The translations under genes were made by a program, and so were the position numbers. DNA of 64,000 nucleotides from Bdellovibrionales bacterium (lineage in GTDB: Bacteria > Bdellovibrionota > Bdellovibrionia > Bdellovibrionales > UBA1609): assembly GCA_027317865.1 (NCBI GenBank), contig DAHVQG010000001.1, positions 96,001-160,000 on the forward strand, written 5' to 3'. The notes under the pieces were generated by a model. The model saw only the letters and a list, made by a program, of their open reading frames with translations, did not search any database and had not been told where the DNA came from. This document shows, in pieces, positions 49,216 through 58,685 of this stretch (position 1 is its first letter; each line of letters opens with the position of its first letter).

Positions 49216-50256
49216 ATGAATTTTTACGAACTCACCCACAAAAAACTCGAGGAATTTCTACAAGAGAACGAACTCGAACGATTCCGCGCGGACCAATTAT
49301 TTCGCTGGGTGTACGGCCGCCGTGAAACGGACTTTGCAAAAATGACCAACATGTCGAAGGTGGCACGTGCGAAGCTCGCTGAGATTTTGCGCTTTGAATT
49401 ACCAAAAACGGTCAAGCATCTTAAAAGTGCCGATGGGACAGAAAAATTTTTGTTTGAAGTGGGCGGCGGCGATACCGTTGAGTCGGTGCTAATTCCGGCG
49501 GATGATCGTCTGACACTTTGTGTTTCGTCTGAAGTCGGATGTAACATGGGTTGCAAATTTTGTTTTACCGGCAAACAGAAAATGAAACGTCGGCTCACGA
49601 CCGCTGAAATTGTCGGGCAGTATTTAGCGGCGTCAAGTTCGGTCGCCGCGCGCGACCGGCGGATCACAAACATCGTGTTTATGGGCATGGGTGAACCACT
49701 GGACAATCCCGATGCCGTTTTTTCGAGTATCGAAGTTTTGCATGCGCCGCTCGGTTGCAATTTGTCGAAGAAAAAAATCACAGTTTCAACTTCGGGGATC
49801 GTACCGTTGATCCCGCGCGTGACGGAATCCGGTGCGCGATTAGCTGTGAGTTTAAACGGCGTTAATGATGAAGTGCGGACTCAAGTGATGCCGATTAATA
49901 AACGATGGCCGCTCAAAGTGCTTCTCGAAAGTTGCCGGGAACATTGTCGTCAAACCGGCGACCGCGTAACGTTTGAATATGTACTTCTGAAGGGCGTGAC
50001 CGATTCACTCGAAAGTGCCCGCGCATTGTATCGTCTGACTCGAGATGTGCCGTGCAAAATAAACATCATTCCGTTTAACGAGCACCCAGGCTCTGGTTTT
50101 ACCCGACCGGACGAAAGTCAGGTCGTAAAGTTTCAAAACGAATTGATTCGCCTGGGAGCGCACGTTTTGCGGCGAAAAACCATGGGACGAGACATTTACG
50201 CCGCCTGCGGGCAACTGCGAACGGTTCATAACAGGGCCGAAGTCCTAAACAGTTAA
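49216..50256 (+). CDS. rlmN: 23S rRNA m2A2503 methyltransferase
   Basis: CNMGCKFC, MGMGEP and AACGQL. Confidence 0.96.
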   Translation: MNFYELTHKKLEEFLQENELERFRADQLFRWVYGRRETDFAKMTNMSKVARAKLAEILRFELPKTVKHLKSADGTEKFLFEVGGGDTVESVLIPADDRLTLCVSSEVGCNMGCKFCFTGKQKMKRRLTTAEIVGQYLAASSSVAARDRRITNIVFMGMGEPLDNPDAVFSSIEVLHAPLGCNLSKKKITVSTSGIVPLIPRVTESGARLAVSLNGVNDEVRTQVMPINKRWPLKVLLESCREHCRQTGDRVTFEYVLLKGVTDSLESARALYRLTRDVPCKINIIPFNEHPGSGFTRPDESQVVKFQNELIRLGAHVLRRKTMGRDIYAACGQLRTVHNRAEVLNS

Positions 50257-50289
50257 CAAAATCCTCTGTTTTTCCGATTGGTTAACCGG

Positions 50290-51081
50290 ATGAAACCAAA
50301 AACCGCAAAGGATTTTGTAAGTGATTTGATCGGAGATTTACTCGCTGATGAGGACGGGTCTGCGCAAAAAGACACGGAATCGACACCTGAAGATGCGACA
50401 TTGCGATTGCCTCCGGCTGAAACGCGAACGGGACCAGAAAAAATTGTGAGCCGAATTGGCGGCGGGGTCGTGCAAATCGCGGCCGAAACCGCGCTTGTCC
50501 AGTCTGAAAATTTGCGGATCGCGCAACGGCGCATTTTTGAACTCGAAAGTGAAGTCGATCGTCTGCGGCAAGAAAACGAACAACTGGCAGCGGCGGGCGA
50601 AACGTTACGTTTGCGCAGCAGCGAAACCCAAGCCGAGAACGAAGCGCTCAGCCGAAAGTTTGACGAACTCAAAGAGCAAATGAAATCAGAGAAAGAAATT
50701 TTGGAGTCCACAATTCAAGCGAAAGACCGTGAGACCAAAAATCTGAAAATGAAAATCGACGAATATGAAATGCGCCTTAGCGCAAGCATGCAAAAAGTTC
50801 GCATGCGCGAACGCGAACTTGAAAACCGTCTTGAACTTTTGAAAATGGAATCAACGGCTCTTGTCCGCGCGAAAGACGACACGATTTTAGATCTCAAAAG
50901 GCAAATCGATCAGCTCAACGTCGAACTCGAAAACTACCGGCATAAGGGGCAGGATTTAAATCGGCAAATTAACGAGAAACAAGAAACTCTAAAAAGGACG
51001 GTTAAAGCGCTGCGTTTGGCGCTGACGATGTTGGAGGGGGGGCAAGACAATATCTCTGAGCCCCTGAAAAAGGCGAAGTGA
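50290..51081 (+). CDS. Long coiled-coil hypothetical protein
   Basis: Continuous heptad pattern; GTGA overlap with the next gene. Confidence 0.8.
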   Translation: MKPKTAKDFVSDLIGDLLADEDGSAQKDTESTPEDATLRLPPAETRTGPEKIVSRIGGGVVQIAAETALVQSENLRIAQRRIFELESEVDRLRQENEQLAAAGETLRLRSSETQAENEALSRKFDELKEQMKSEKEILESTIQAKDRETKNLKMKIDEYEMRLSASMQKVRMRERELENRLELLKMESTALVRAKDDTILDLKRQIDQLNVELENYRHKGQDLNRQINEKQETLKRTVKALRLALTMLEGGQDNISEPLKKAK

Positions 51082-52052
51082 CAGGAAACGGAAAAGATTT
51101 ACGTGATTTTTTCGACCGTCTTGAGCTGGAATGTGTACTCCCAGAATTGTTACAATACCTGTACCATGTCGGTTCTTGTGAAAATGTGATTTGGATATTG
51201 GCTGAAGAATTTAAGAGCCTCCACGATACAATCAGTTCAAATATTTGGGAGCCAGACCAACAAATGCACCGGCATCTCCGTTTGCAGGCGATTAAACCCA
51301 TTGACGAAGCCGACGTTCGACGGTTGGCCAATCTATTTGAGTGCAACCTTTCGATGTCGGCGCATATCGAAAGAGATGGCATCAGTGTTGTTGCCTGGCC
51401 GATTCTTAGCCAGGAAAATAAGACACCCATAGCCTATATTCTGATGACCGAAGTCAAAAAGGATGAAATTCAAAATTTACAAAGCCGGATCGGTAACGAC
51501 TTGTCGCAGATGTCGAAACACATTGGGTTCAGCGTTCAACACTGGCGTGCACAGAGGCTCTCGTTTCTTGACGATTTGACCGGTCTTTACAATCAGAAAT
51601 ATTTGTCCCTGGTTCTAGAGCATGAAATTTTGCATTGCCAAAGGCTCGACAAGAAATTTTCAGTCTTGTTTATGGATGTCGACTACTTTAAATCAGTTAA
51701 CGATACCCGGGGTCACTGGATTGGTTCGCGTCTTCTCGTTGAAATTGGGCGGCTTCTTAAGCAAATCTTACGAAGAAGTGACTATGCGTTCCGCTATGGT
51801 GGCGATGAATTTGTGGCAATTTTGCCGATGACGCCTTCAGAAGGGGCGAAAATGACCGCCGAACGAATTCGAAGTTGCATTGAAGCGACTGACTTCGCTA
51901 TTGACGGGCAACACCTTAAATTGACGATTAGTTTGGGCATTGCGACCTACCCCGATCACGCAAAAACTCATAAAGAAATAATAAAAATGGCCGACGAAGC
52001 GATGTACTGTGGTAAAAACAAGAGCCGAAATGTGGTATTTGTCGCAAGTTAA
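51078..52052 (+). CDS. GGDEF dinucleotide cyclase with Hypr signature
   Basis: DVDYFKSVNDTRGHWIGS (Ser instead of Asp), RRSD I-site, RYGGDEF. Confidence 0.88.
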   Translation: MTGNGKDLRDFFDRLELECVLPELLQYLYHVGSCENVIWILAEEFKSLHDTISSNIWEPDQQMHRHLRLQAIKPIDEADVRRLANLFECNLSMSAHIERDGISVVAWPILSQENKTPIAYILMTEVKKDEIQNLQSRIGNDLSQMSKHIGFSVQHWRAQRLSFLDDLTGLYNQKYLSLVLEHEILHCQRLDKKFSVLFMDVDYFKSVNDTRGHWIGSRLLVEIGRLLKQILRRSDYAFRYGGDEFVAILPMTPSEGAKMTAERIRSCIEATDFAIDGQHLKLTISLGIATYPDHAKTHKEIIKMADEAMYCGKNKSRNVVFVAS

Positions 52053-52092
52053 TTAGTTAAACACGATCAACAATGCGCAGTCGGCAAGTCAT

Positions 52093-53175
52093 ATGAAAAG
52101 AAAGATAAAACTCGTTGTCAGTGATCTTCATCTCGGAGCGGGCCGCATTCTCGAAGACGGACGGCTCAATCTTTTAGAGGAATTTTATTTTGATGAACGT
52201 TTCGCTGAATTTTTGCATTACTACACCACCGGCGCGTTTGCCGACCATCAAGTCGAGATTATTTTAAACGGCGACATTTTCAATTACCTGCAAACGGATT
52301 ACAAAGGTCATTATTTGACGGTCATCACTGAATCTATGACGCTCGACCAAACCCAGCGCATTGTTCGGGGGCACTCCACATTTTTTAATGCTCTCAGCGA
52401 TTTTGCCGCTAAAGAAGGCAATGAAATCACGTTTATTGTTGGCAATCATGATCAAGGGTTGTTGTGGCCTGCGGTTCGAAACTATTTGAACGAAGTCATC
52501 GGAAAAACGGTTCGATTCAAAAACATAGTTTATTATTTTGATGGCGTGCACGTCGAACACGGGAATATGCACGAAGCGGCCAACCGCACCGACCCGCGGA
52601 AGTTCTTTTTAAAAAAGGATTTACCGGAACCGATTTTAAATTTGCCGTTCGGCTCCTTTTTCTTCGTCGAATTTGTTTTACCGCTGAAACAAACGCACCC
52701 TCATATCGACAAGGTTCGACCGTTTCGCAACATGCTGCGCTGGGGGTTCGTATATCAGTCAACGTTTACGATAAAGGCCGCATTTACTTTAATTGGTTAT
52801 TTCGGCCGAAGCTTGTTTTCTACCGATCCGCGGCGATTATGGAGGTTTCGGCGGCTTCTCAAAATATTTTTTGAAAGCGCTGTTTTTCCGGACCTGAGCG
52901 ATGCAGCAAAAAAAATAATGCGGGATGATCGTGTGCATACCGTCATTTTTGGCCATACGCACGTCTATCAATATCGCCAATTTGCACCAAACAAAGAATA
53001 TTTCAACACCGGAACCTGGACAGAGGTCACGTCGCTTGACGTCGCTTCGCTCGGCCGGATAACAAAATTGACATACGTCATTATTGAATATCCAGAAGAC
53101 GAAACTCAGCGCCCGCGCGGGCGTTTGAAGGAGTGGCGCGGGTATCATCGAATAGAAGATGACGTGGCCGTTTAG
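52093..53175 (+). CDS. Calcineurin-like metallophosphoesterase
   Basis: SDLH, NGD, GNHD, EHG and FGHTH. Confidence 0.9.
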   Translation: MKRKIKLVVSDLHLGAGRILEDGRLNLLEEFYFDERFAEFLHYYTTGAFADHQVEIILNGDIFNYLQTDYKGHYLTVITESMTLDQTQRIVRGHSTFFNALSDFAAKEGNEITFIVGNHDQGLLWPAVRNYLNEVIGKTVRFKNIVYYFDGVHVEHGNMHEAANRTDPRKFFLKKDLPEPILNLPFGSFFFVEFVLPLKQTHPHIDKVRPFRNMLRWGFVYQSTFTIKAAFTLIGYFGRSLFSTDPRRLWRFRRLLKIFFESAVFPDLSDAAKKIMRDDRVHTVIFGHTHVYQYRQFAPNKEYFNTGTWTEVTSLDVASLGRITKLTYVIIEYPEDETQRPRGRLKEWRGYHRIEDDVAV

Positions 53176-53209
53176 TCGGTACAAAATAGGTTGTGGCGGG
53201 TAAAATGTT

Positions 53210-54133
53210 GTGGCTGATAATGAAGAACAACCTTTAGACAAGACCAGCGTAGTACAAAGTGACACCTTCAAGGTCAGAATTGCGCAGGCGGGTGAGGCGC
53301 CGCCTTGCTTGGTTTTGCTTGTTGGTCCGGCAAACGAAGTCGGCCGGCAGTGGCCGCTAGAAACAGCCGATTCAATTATTGGCCGCGTGCCGACGGCGCA
53401 CATCCATATTAAAGATCAAAGCGTAAGTAAAGCTCATGCTAAGCTCCTCGTTTCTGGCGGTGAGGTTTCGCTTATTGATCTCGAATCAACGAACAAAACC
53501 ATCATAAACGATCGTATTTTGACCCCACTTAAACCGTACAAACTCAAAAACAATGATCAAATTAAATGCGGCAATGTTATTTTAAAGTTTCTCGAGCGCG
53601 GGAACATTGAAACGGTTTCTGTTGCACAAACTTTCAATAAGGCGCTAATTGACCCGCTCACCGGAATTCACAATCGTGGAGCATTAAACGCAGCGGGCGT
53701 CGATATTTTTAATAAGTCGCGCGTGCTCGGGCATCCTCTTGGCGTCATAGTTTTTGACATCGATTTCTTTAAAAAGATAAACGACACCTATGGGCACCAA
53801 GCCGGTGATTATGTGCTTAAAGAGCTGACCCGCGTGGTTCGCGAAAACCTAATTCGCGGCAACGATTATTTTGCGCGTTACGGTGGTGAAGAATTTTGTC
53901 TGTTAGTTTTAGGTTCGCCTGTTAAACAGATTGACGAAATTTGTGAGCGCATTAGAAAGACAATCCAAGAGCACGTTTTTGTATTTGAAGGGGCGACTAT
54001 GCCCGTCACAATATCGTTGGGTTTTTCTTTAATTCAGCCTAATGACAAAGGTTGGAGCGATATATTCGCGCGTGCGGACAAAGCCTTGTACGAATCTAAA
54101 AACAACGGCCGCAACCGTGTCTCATCGCAATAA
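53210..54133 (+). CDS. dgcB: FHA-GGDEF diguanylate cyclase
   Basis: N-terminal DKTSVV tail; FHA (IGR, SKAHA, STN); GHQAGD and RYGGEEF. Architecture matches Bdellovibrio DgcB. Confidence 0.88.
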   Translation: MADNEEQPLDKTSVVQSDTFKVRIAQAGEAPPCLVLLVGPANEVGRQWPLETADSIIGRVPTAHIHIKDQSVSKAHAKLLVSGGEVSLIDLESTNKTIINDRILTPLKPYKLKNNDQIKCGNVILKFLERGNIETVSVAQTFNKALIDPLTGIHNRGALNAAGVDIFNKSRVLGHPLGVIVFDIDFFKKINDTYGHQAGDYVLKELTRVVRENLIRGNDYFARYGGEEFCLLVLGSPVKQIDEICERIRKTIQEHVFVFEGATMPVTISLGFSLIQPNDKGWSDIFARADKALYESKNNGRNRVSSQ

Positions 54134-54369
54134 AGGCGCCGTAAATTCGCACGCAAAGGGTGCCGAATCTTGTCCGCCGATCCTTGCGTTTTCGAAAAAT
54201 TTACTCTGAACCTGGTGCGAATTTTTACTGGACCAGGTGCGGTTTTTAATCTCACAAGAGATATGAATGTAACAGTTGTGCAATAAACGATCGAGTGACG
54301 CGATTTGTGCCGAGGTCAGATTGCAACTGTTTTCGCCGTAAGTCCGCGATTGCGCATGAAATCATCTTC

Positions 54370-54385
54370 TGGCCCGTACTTTGCT
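54370..54385 (+). promoter_or_regulatory. Sigma-54 promoter for the ECF sigma gene
   Basis: TGGCCCGTACTTTGCT. Confidence 0.72.
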
Positions 54386-54531
54386 CAATAATTAGGCATG
54401 CGTGCCTTAAAACGGCACGCTGCGCAGGGTAAGTCAGGGGATTCCCAAAAAAATAAATTCATGTTGGCCAAAAAATTTCACTGGCCGTTAACCGAGGTGC
54501 GACCAAGGTCGTGTCCAATGGGAGGATCGAG

Positions 54532-55113
54532 ATGGAGACAGATCATAATCTCGTAGAGAAAGCTAAAACAGGAGACCACAATGCGTTTTCAGAACTTGTT
54601 CTTCGCCATCAGAAAAGTTTGTTGCGGCTCGCATTTCGCGTGTTGGGCGATTTTGAATCCGCACAAGATGTCGTGCAAGAAAGTCTTTTTAAGGCCCATC
54701 AGAAATTGGGCTCATTTGAGGGACGGTCCGCGTTCAAGAGTTGGATTTTTCAAATCACACTCAATACGGCTAAGAATAAATTGCGCGGCCGCAGACCCGA
54801 AATTGTCGAAATCGACAAGCTGCCAGTAACGGATGGAATTGATATCGAGGGCGACCTGATGCGAGATGACTTAAGAATGACCATGCAAACTGAAATCGCA
54901 AAATTACCGCAGAAGCAACGCGCGGCGCTCAACTTGCGGATTTTTGATGATCTCAGTTTCGCCGAGATCGCCGAAGTGATGGAGTGCCCTTATGATACCG
55001 CAAAAGCCAATTACCGGCATGCTTTGATAAAATTAAGACATCGTCTTTCCGAAACGCTACAGCGCGACGGTTGGAAGAGAAAGCACGAAACACGCATCGA
55101 AATCGACGCGTAA
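54532..55113 (+). CDS. ECF sigma factor (RpoE-like)
   Basis: GDHNAFSELV, AQDVVQE, FKSWIFQI and LSFAEIAEVM; GGAGG RBS. Confidence 0.92.
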   Translation: METDHNLVEKAKTGDHNAFSELVLRHQKSLLRLAFRVLGDFESAQDVVQESLFKAHQKLGSFEGRSAFKSWIFQITLNTAKNKLRGRRPEIVEIDKLPVTDGIDIEGDLMRDDLRMTMQTEIAKLPQKQRAALNLRIFDDLSFAEIAEVMECPYDTAKANYRHALIKLRHRLSETLQRDGWKRKHETRIEIDA

Positions 55114-55130
55114 ACTTTTTTGGAGAATTT

Positions 55131-55433
55131 ATGACAAAACTTGAGGATTGGATAGATTATTTGGAAGGCGAAGCTGCCGAGATGACTCGCGAACGGTTGA
55201 AGCTTCTATTGGCCCACTCAAAAGATGACCGGCTCATTTTTAAAAATCTGCGGCGGTTACGCCAATTGATTTTACATGCCGATCCTGCGGATGCGATTGA
55301 AACGATTCTTGAAAACGATCGTTTGATGCTCGATTTGCACGACCGAATTATGATGAATGTGAAGGTCGAGATTTCGCGCTCGGCTTTGCGTTTGGCGCGC
55401 CGGTCGAAATCAGTTTCTTCAAATCCGCGGTAG
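55131..55433 (+). CDS. Putative anti-sigma factor
   Basis: Follows the ECF gene; DYLEGE…LLAH resembles an anti-sigma domain lacking the Zn Cys pair. Confidence 0.55.
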   Translation: MTKLEDWIDYLEGEAAEMTRERLKLLLAHSKDDRLIFKNLRRLRQLILHADPADAIETILENDRLMLDLHDRIMMNVKVEISRSALRLARRSKSVSSNPR

Positions 55434-56460
55434 GGTTACGGCTGTTTTCAAATGTTTTACACGTTTTAATGAAACGATCGAAATTATCGCCCAGATTTTT
55501 ATAAAGTTGGGCAAAGTCGGATAGGTCGTAGTTGTAAGTCCCGAGGTAAAGTAAAACGGCGTTGTTCAGTTTCATGTGTGTGAATCCGGCGTACGTGGCT
55601 GTTTGCAACTTGGGCTTAACCATTTTAGTGAAATCGCTTTTTATCTTTTTAAATTGAGCTTGGCGTTGCCCTTTGCGCAAATGGGGATGTGATTTGTACC
55701 ACTTCTTCATTCGCGCAATTTCTTTGCTTATAAATTTTGAGAAGCGAATATCGTCGGCATTTTCGCGGCGAATTTCTTGGAGGGTTTTGGAATGCGGGCC
55801 CTCTTTATATTTGTAAAACAGTTTTGTCCCAAGATCCCCGACGAAAACGGCGAGCCGCTCATTAAAGCCGGCTTGGCTTTTTATGAAAATTGTCGCGTGT
55901 GTGGACTCGTGAATGATCGTGTTGACCAAATCGTAGTCCGGTTCGTTAAGCATTGTTGACAGTATTGGATCTTCAAACCAGCCGAGCGTGCTATATGCGG
56001 TTACTCCGCCGACCATGACATCGTACCCCTCACTCTCGAATTTTTTGGCCTCGGCTTTCGCGTCTTTAGGATTAAAAAAACCCTTGTAGGGCAGGTCGCC
56101 GACTATCGGATACCAGAAAAAATGTTGTTTGAGTTGATTTTTGTATGCGACCGTGACGATCCAAGAGACGTACGGTCGGTGAAGATCAACAAAAGTAGTA
56201 TAGTCTTTAGTTGCGTGCAAATGAAGATGGCTAACGGCAAAGCGGCGGGCTTCGAGTGCCAGCTCGAGTTTGTGGCGTTCTTTTGGGGGCAAGTTTTTCT
56301 CAGCCAAAACCTTCTTGATGGGGACACGGTCATTTAAAATTTTGAGTTGGTTATATCCGGATTTAACCAAATAGACGAGCAGACATCCGCTCAAAAAAAA
56401 CGGCATCATCGAAAGTATTAAAAAAGTCAGAACGATCCGGACGCGCACGCCCATTCGCAT
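55348..56460 (-). CDS. Putative Zn aminopeptidase lipoprotein
   Basis: LSGC, PYKGFF, AYSTLGWFEDP, IIHESTH and FNE. Confidence 0.85.
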   Translation of the reverse strand: MRMGVRVRIVLTFLILSMMPFFLSGCLLVYLVKSGYNQLKILNDRVPIKKVLAEKNLPPKERHKLELALEARRFAVSHLHLHATKDYTTFVDLHRPYVSWIVTVAYKNQLKQHFFWYPIVGDLPYKGFFNPKDAKAEAKKFESEGYDVMVGGVTAYSTLGWFEDPILSTMLNEPDYDLVNTIIHESTHATIFIKSQAGFNERLAVFVGDLGTKLFYKYKEGPHSKTLQEIRRENADDIRFSKFISKEIARMKKWYKSHPHLRKGQRQAQFKKIKSDFTKMVKPKLQTATYAGFTHMKLNNAVLLYLGTYNYDLSDFAQLYKNLGDNFDRFIKTCKTFENSRNPTADLKKLISTGAPNAKPSAKSRPSHSS

Positions 56461-56477
56461 TTGACCTTCTTGCCCGC

Positions 56478-57059
56478 TTAGAAGAACCATGAAACGCCCA
56501 CGCGAAACGCGTCATCCCAGATACCCGACTGGCCGTTGACGCCGCTTTCCCAGCGGTCGTAGGTCGCCTTGATGGCGAATGTTTGCGTCAGGTGAATGTT
56601 GACCCCTCCGCCATAGCTTGGAACGATGGCATTTACGGTATCGCCGTATTGATAAACTGAACCATCGTAAAATTCCTCATACATTTTTTTAAAGAGATGT
56701 AAGCCGCCGCCGCGAATGAAGGGCTGAATAAAAGATGTTGTAGGGGTCAAACTTAGTTCCAAATCAAGACCGATCATTTCGGCTATTTGATAATAAATGG
56801 TGGCGCCAGGGTCACCCGCAGCCTCAAGACTTTGCTCGCCATAACCGTATGTATAGCTCGCTTCGATGGCCGACTGTCTAAGAAAATACCAGGCAATCGC
56901 ACCGGTAATTTCTTGATCTTTAGTGTAATTATTTTGGTCGATGAGCGAGGTGTGCGTGCCGTAGGTGGCACTTAATTCCATCACTCCTGCGTTTGCTGAT
57001 GGCATTGCAATAAGTGAAACAAATGCGACAGCAGTCAGGGTCGTTAGTATATACCGCAT
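56478..57059 (-). CDS. Small outer-membrane beta-barrel protein
   Basis: Signal peptide …ANA; C-terminal GVSWFF beta signal. Confidence 0.8.
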   Translation of the reverse strand: MRYILTTLTAVAFVSLIAMPSANAGVMELSATYGTHTSLIDQNNYTKDQEITGAIAWYFLRQSAIEASYTYGYGEQSLEAAGDPGATIYYQIAEMIGLDLELSLTPTTSFIQPFIRGGGLHLFKKMYEEFYDGSVYQYGDTVNAIVPSYGGGVNIHLTQTFAIKATYDRWESGVNGQSGIWDDAFRVGVSWFF

Positions 57060-57084
57060 TCCGATATGGTATCAGTGTCCACCA

Positions 57085-57960
57085 TTATTGAGAACCGTCG
57101 CTCGCTAAAAATCGAGGTCGAAAGTAGACGTGAAAGCTGTAGAGCAAATGGATGTAGCCGTCGCGGCTGACCAGTCCACTTGGCGGATTTGTAAATGGGG
57201 CAGCTCGACGAAAGGCGCTAACGGCCGCATCGTCTATAACACGGTTATCGGCGTGATGGAAAATGATGGCTTTGACAAATTTACCCTGGGGAGTGAGTAA
57301 GATTTCAACTTGAGTCACTTGGTCTTTATTTGCCCACTCTTTTAATATGTAATTAGGCGTACGGTAGAGAATATTTTGAATATTTTCGACCCAGCGATTG
57401 CCGATTTGTTCGTTGATACGGGAATAAAATGTGTAGAAAATAAATTGATTCGTGTTGAGCGCGGTAAAGCCGCCGGCACGCACTTCGGGGATGTCATCTA
57501 AAATTGTAGATTCACCTAAGAGTTGATTGGAATGTAAGCCGTTTGAATTATTCGAATGTGAATTGTTAAAATCGCTGTCTGGAATTGTACCCATCGGAGC
57601 AGTGATGGATGGGCTGGGGCCTCCTGAATCAAACGAATTTGAATTTTGCTCGCGAGACGCGCTTCGATTTACGGTTTTTACACCGCTCCGCCTGGCGACT
57701 TCTTGGTGAAGGACACGGCGAGTGAGTTGCGATAACAGATTCACCCTTTTTTTGAGTTCGTTGACCAGCTCTTTAGTTGGTGGCGAAACGTTCGAAACTA
57801 TTTGTTGCGAGCGTTTATTATCGGTCTCATTCTGATACACCACTTGAATGGGTTGAAGCGCCGGTGCGGGCTTCGGGGCCGGGCTTAAAAGAATTATTAA
57901 AATAAGACACAAGTGCGCCAAAATGCTGATAATGAGCGGCTCGCGCAAATTGTAGTCCAT
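57085..57960 (-). CDS. TonB/TolA C-terminal domain protein
   Basis: SILAH TM motif; DDAAVSAFRRAAPFTNPP. Confidence 0.82.
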   Translation of the reverse strand: MDYNLREPLIISILAHLCLILIILLSPAPKPAPALQPIQVVYQNETDNKRSQQIVSNVSPPTKELVNELKKRVNLLSQLTRRVLHQEVARRSGVKTVNRSASREQNSNSFDSGGPSPSITAPMGTIPDSDFNNSHSNNSNGLHSNQLLGESTILDDIPEVRAGGFTALNTNQFIFYTFYSRINEQIGNRWVENIQNILYRTPNYILKEWANKDQVTQVEILLTPQGKFVKAIIFHHADNRVIDDAAVSAFRRAAPFTNPPSGLVSRDGYIHLLYSFHVYFRPRFLASDGSQ

Positions 57961-58001
57961 TAACTCCTCGACAAAGGGCCAAGTTTAGCAGCGGAAGTGG
58001 C

Positions 58002-58029
58002 TAAAGTTGAGACATTTTTCGGCCGATAA
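58002..58029 (+). promoter_or_regulatory. Sigma-28 (FliA) promoter for the PilZ gene
   Basis: TAAAGTTG-N12-GCCGATAA, with a perfect -10 element. Confidence 0.72.
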
Positions 58030-58054
58030 GAGGTCTGTATCGAGGGGTTGGGGC

Positions 58055-58597
58055 ATGTTTAAAAACAATGTGATCGATTTAAGCCAGAGGCGCATTTCTA
58101 AAAGTGTAAAACACGATCGTAGATCTTCTGCGGTTGACGCTCGAATTGTCGATATGACATCTCGGCGCGAGGCGATTTTAAAAGATGAGCGCCGCCAAGT
58201 TCGGCGTACTATTTTGACCGGATTTATAGGAGCCTTTGTAGTTCTGCCACAAGAGCCCGGCTCTAAAGCTAAAGGTGGACTACTCAAAATTGAAATATAC
58301 GATATCTCTGAAAATGGTATTGCCTTTGATGTCGATGCCGATTTCGGTCAATTCCAAATAGATGAAGAAGTAGCCATGCGCGTGTATCTGAGCCAAAAAA
58401 CATATTTTCCGTTTACGGTAAAAGTGCAAAATGCGCGTAAACTCGATGGCGACGCGGTTTATCGACATGGTGCCAACTTTGTTAAAGGGACAGTTAATGA
58501 CGAAGCCCTGTTTCATTTCGTCAAGTTTATTGAAACCGTAAGCGCAAGCCTTGCCCGTGACGAAGGCGACGTCATGGTGTCGAATCTAAAAAAATAA
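58055..58597 (+). CDS. PilZ domain protein
   Basis: ERRQVRR (RxxxR) and DISENG (DxSxxG). Confidence 0.85.
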   Translation: MFKNNVIDLSQRRISKSVKHDRRSSAVDARIVDMTSRREAILKDERRQVRRTILTGFIGAFVVLPQEPGSKAKGGLLKIEIYDISENGIAFDVDADFGQFQIDEEVAMRVYLSQKTYFPFTVKVQNARKLDGDAVYRHGANFVKGTVNDEALFHFVKFIETVSASLARDEGDVMVSNLKK

Positions 58598-58685
58598 CTA
58601 TTCACAGACCTTTGCCCATGGCTATACTGACAGCGTTCCCCTGACCGGCGGACAACGCGATATTGTCATCAGGCGAGGTTACAGC

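Noticed and set aside
54135-54185. c-di-GMP/cGAMP (GEMM) riboswitch suggested by ACGCAAAG after dgcB
   Set aside because: It lacks the G[CU]AAAC…GNRA P2 and the tetraloop-receptor P3; it looks like a simple hairpin.
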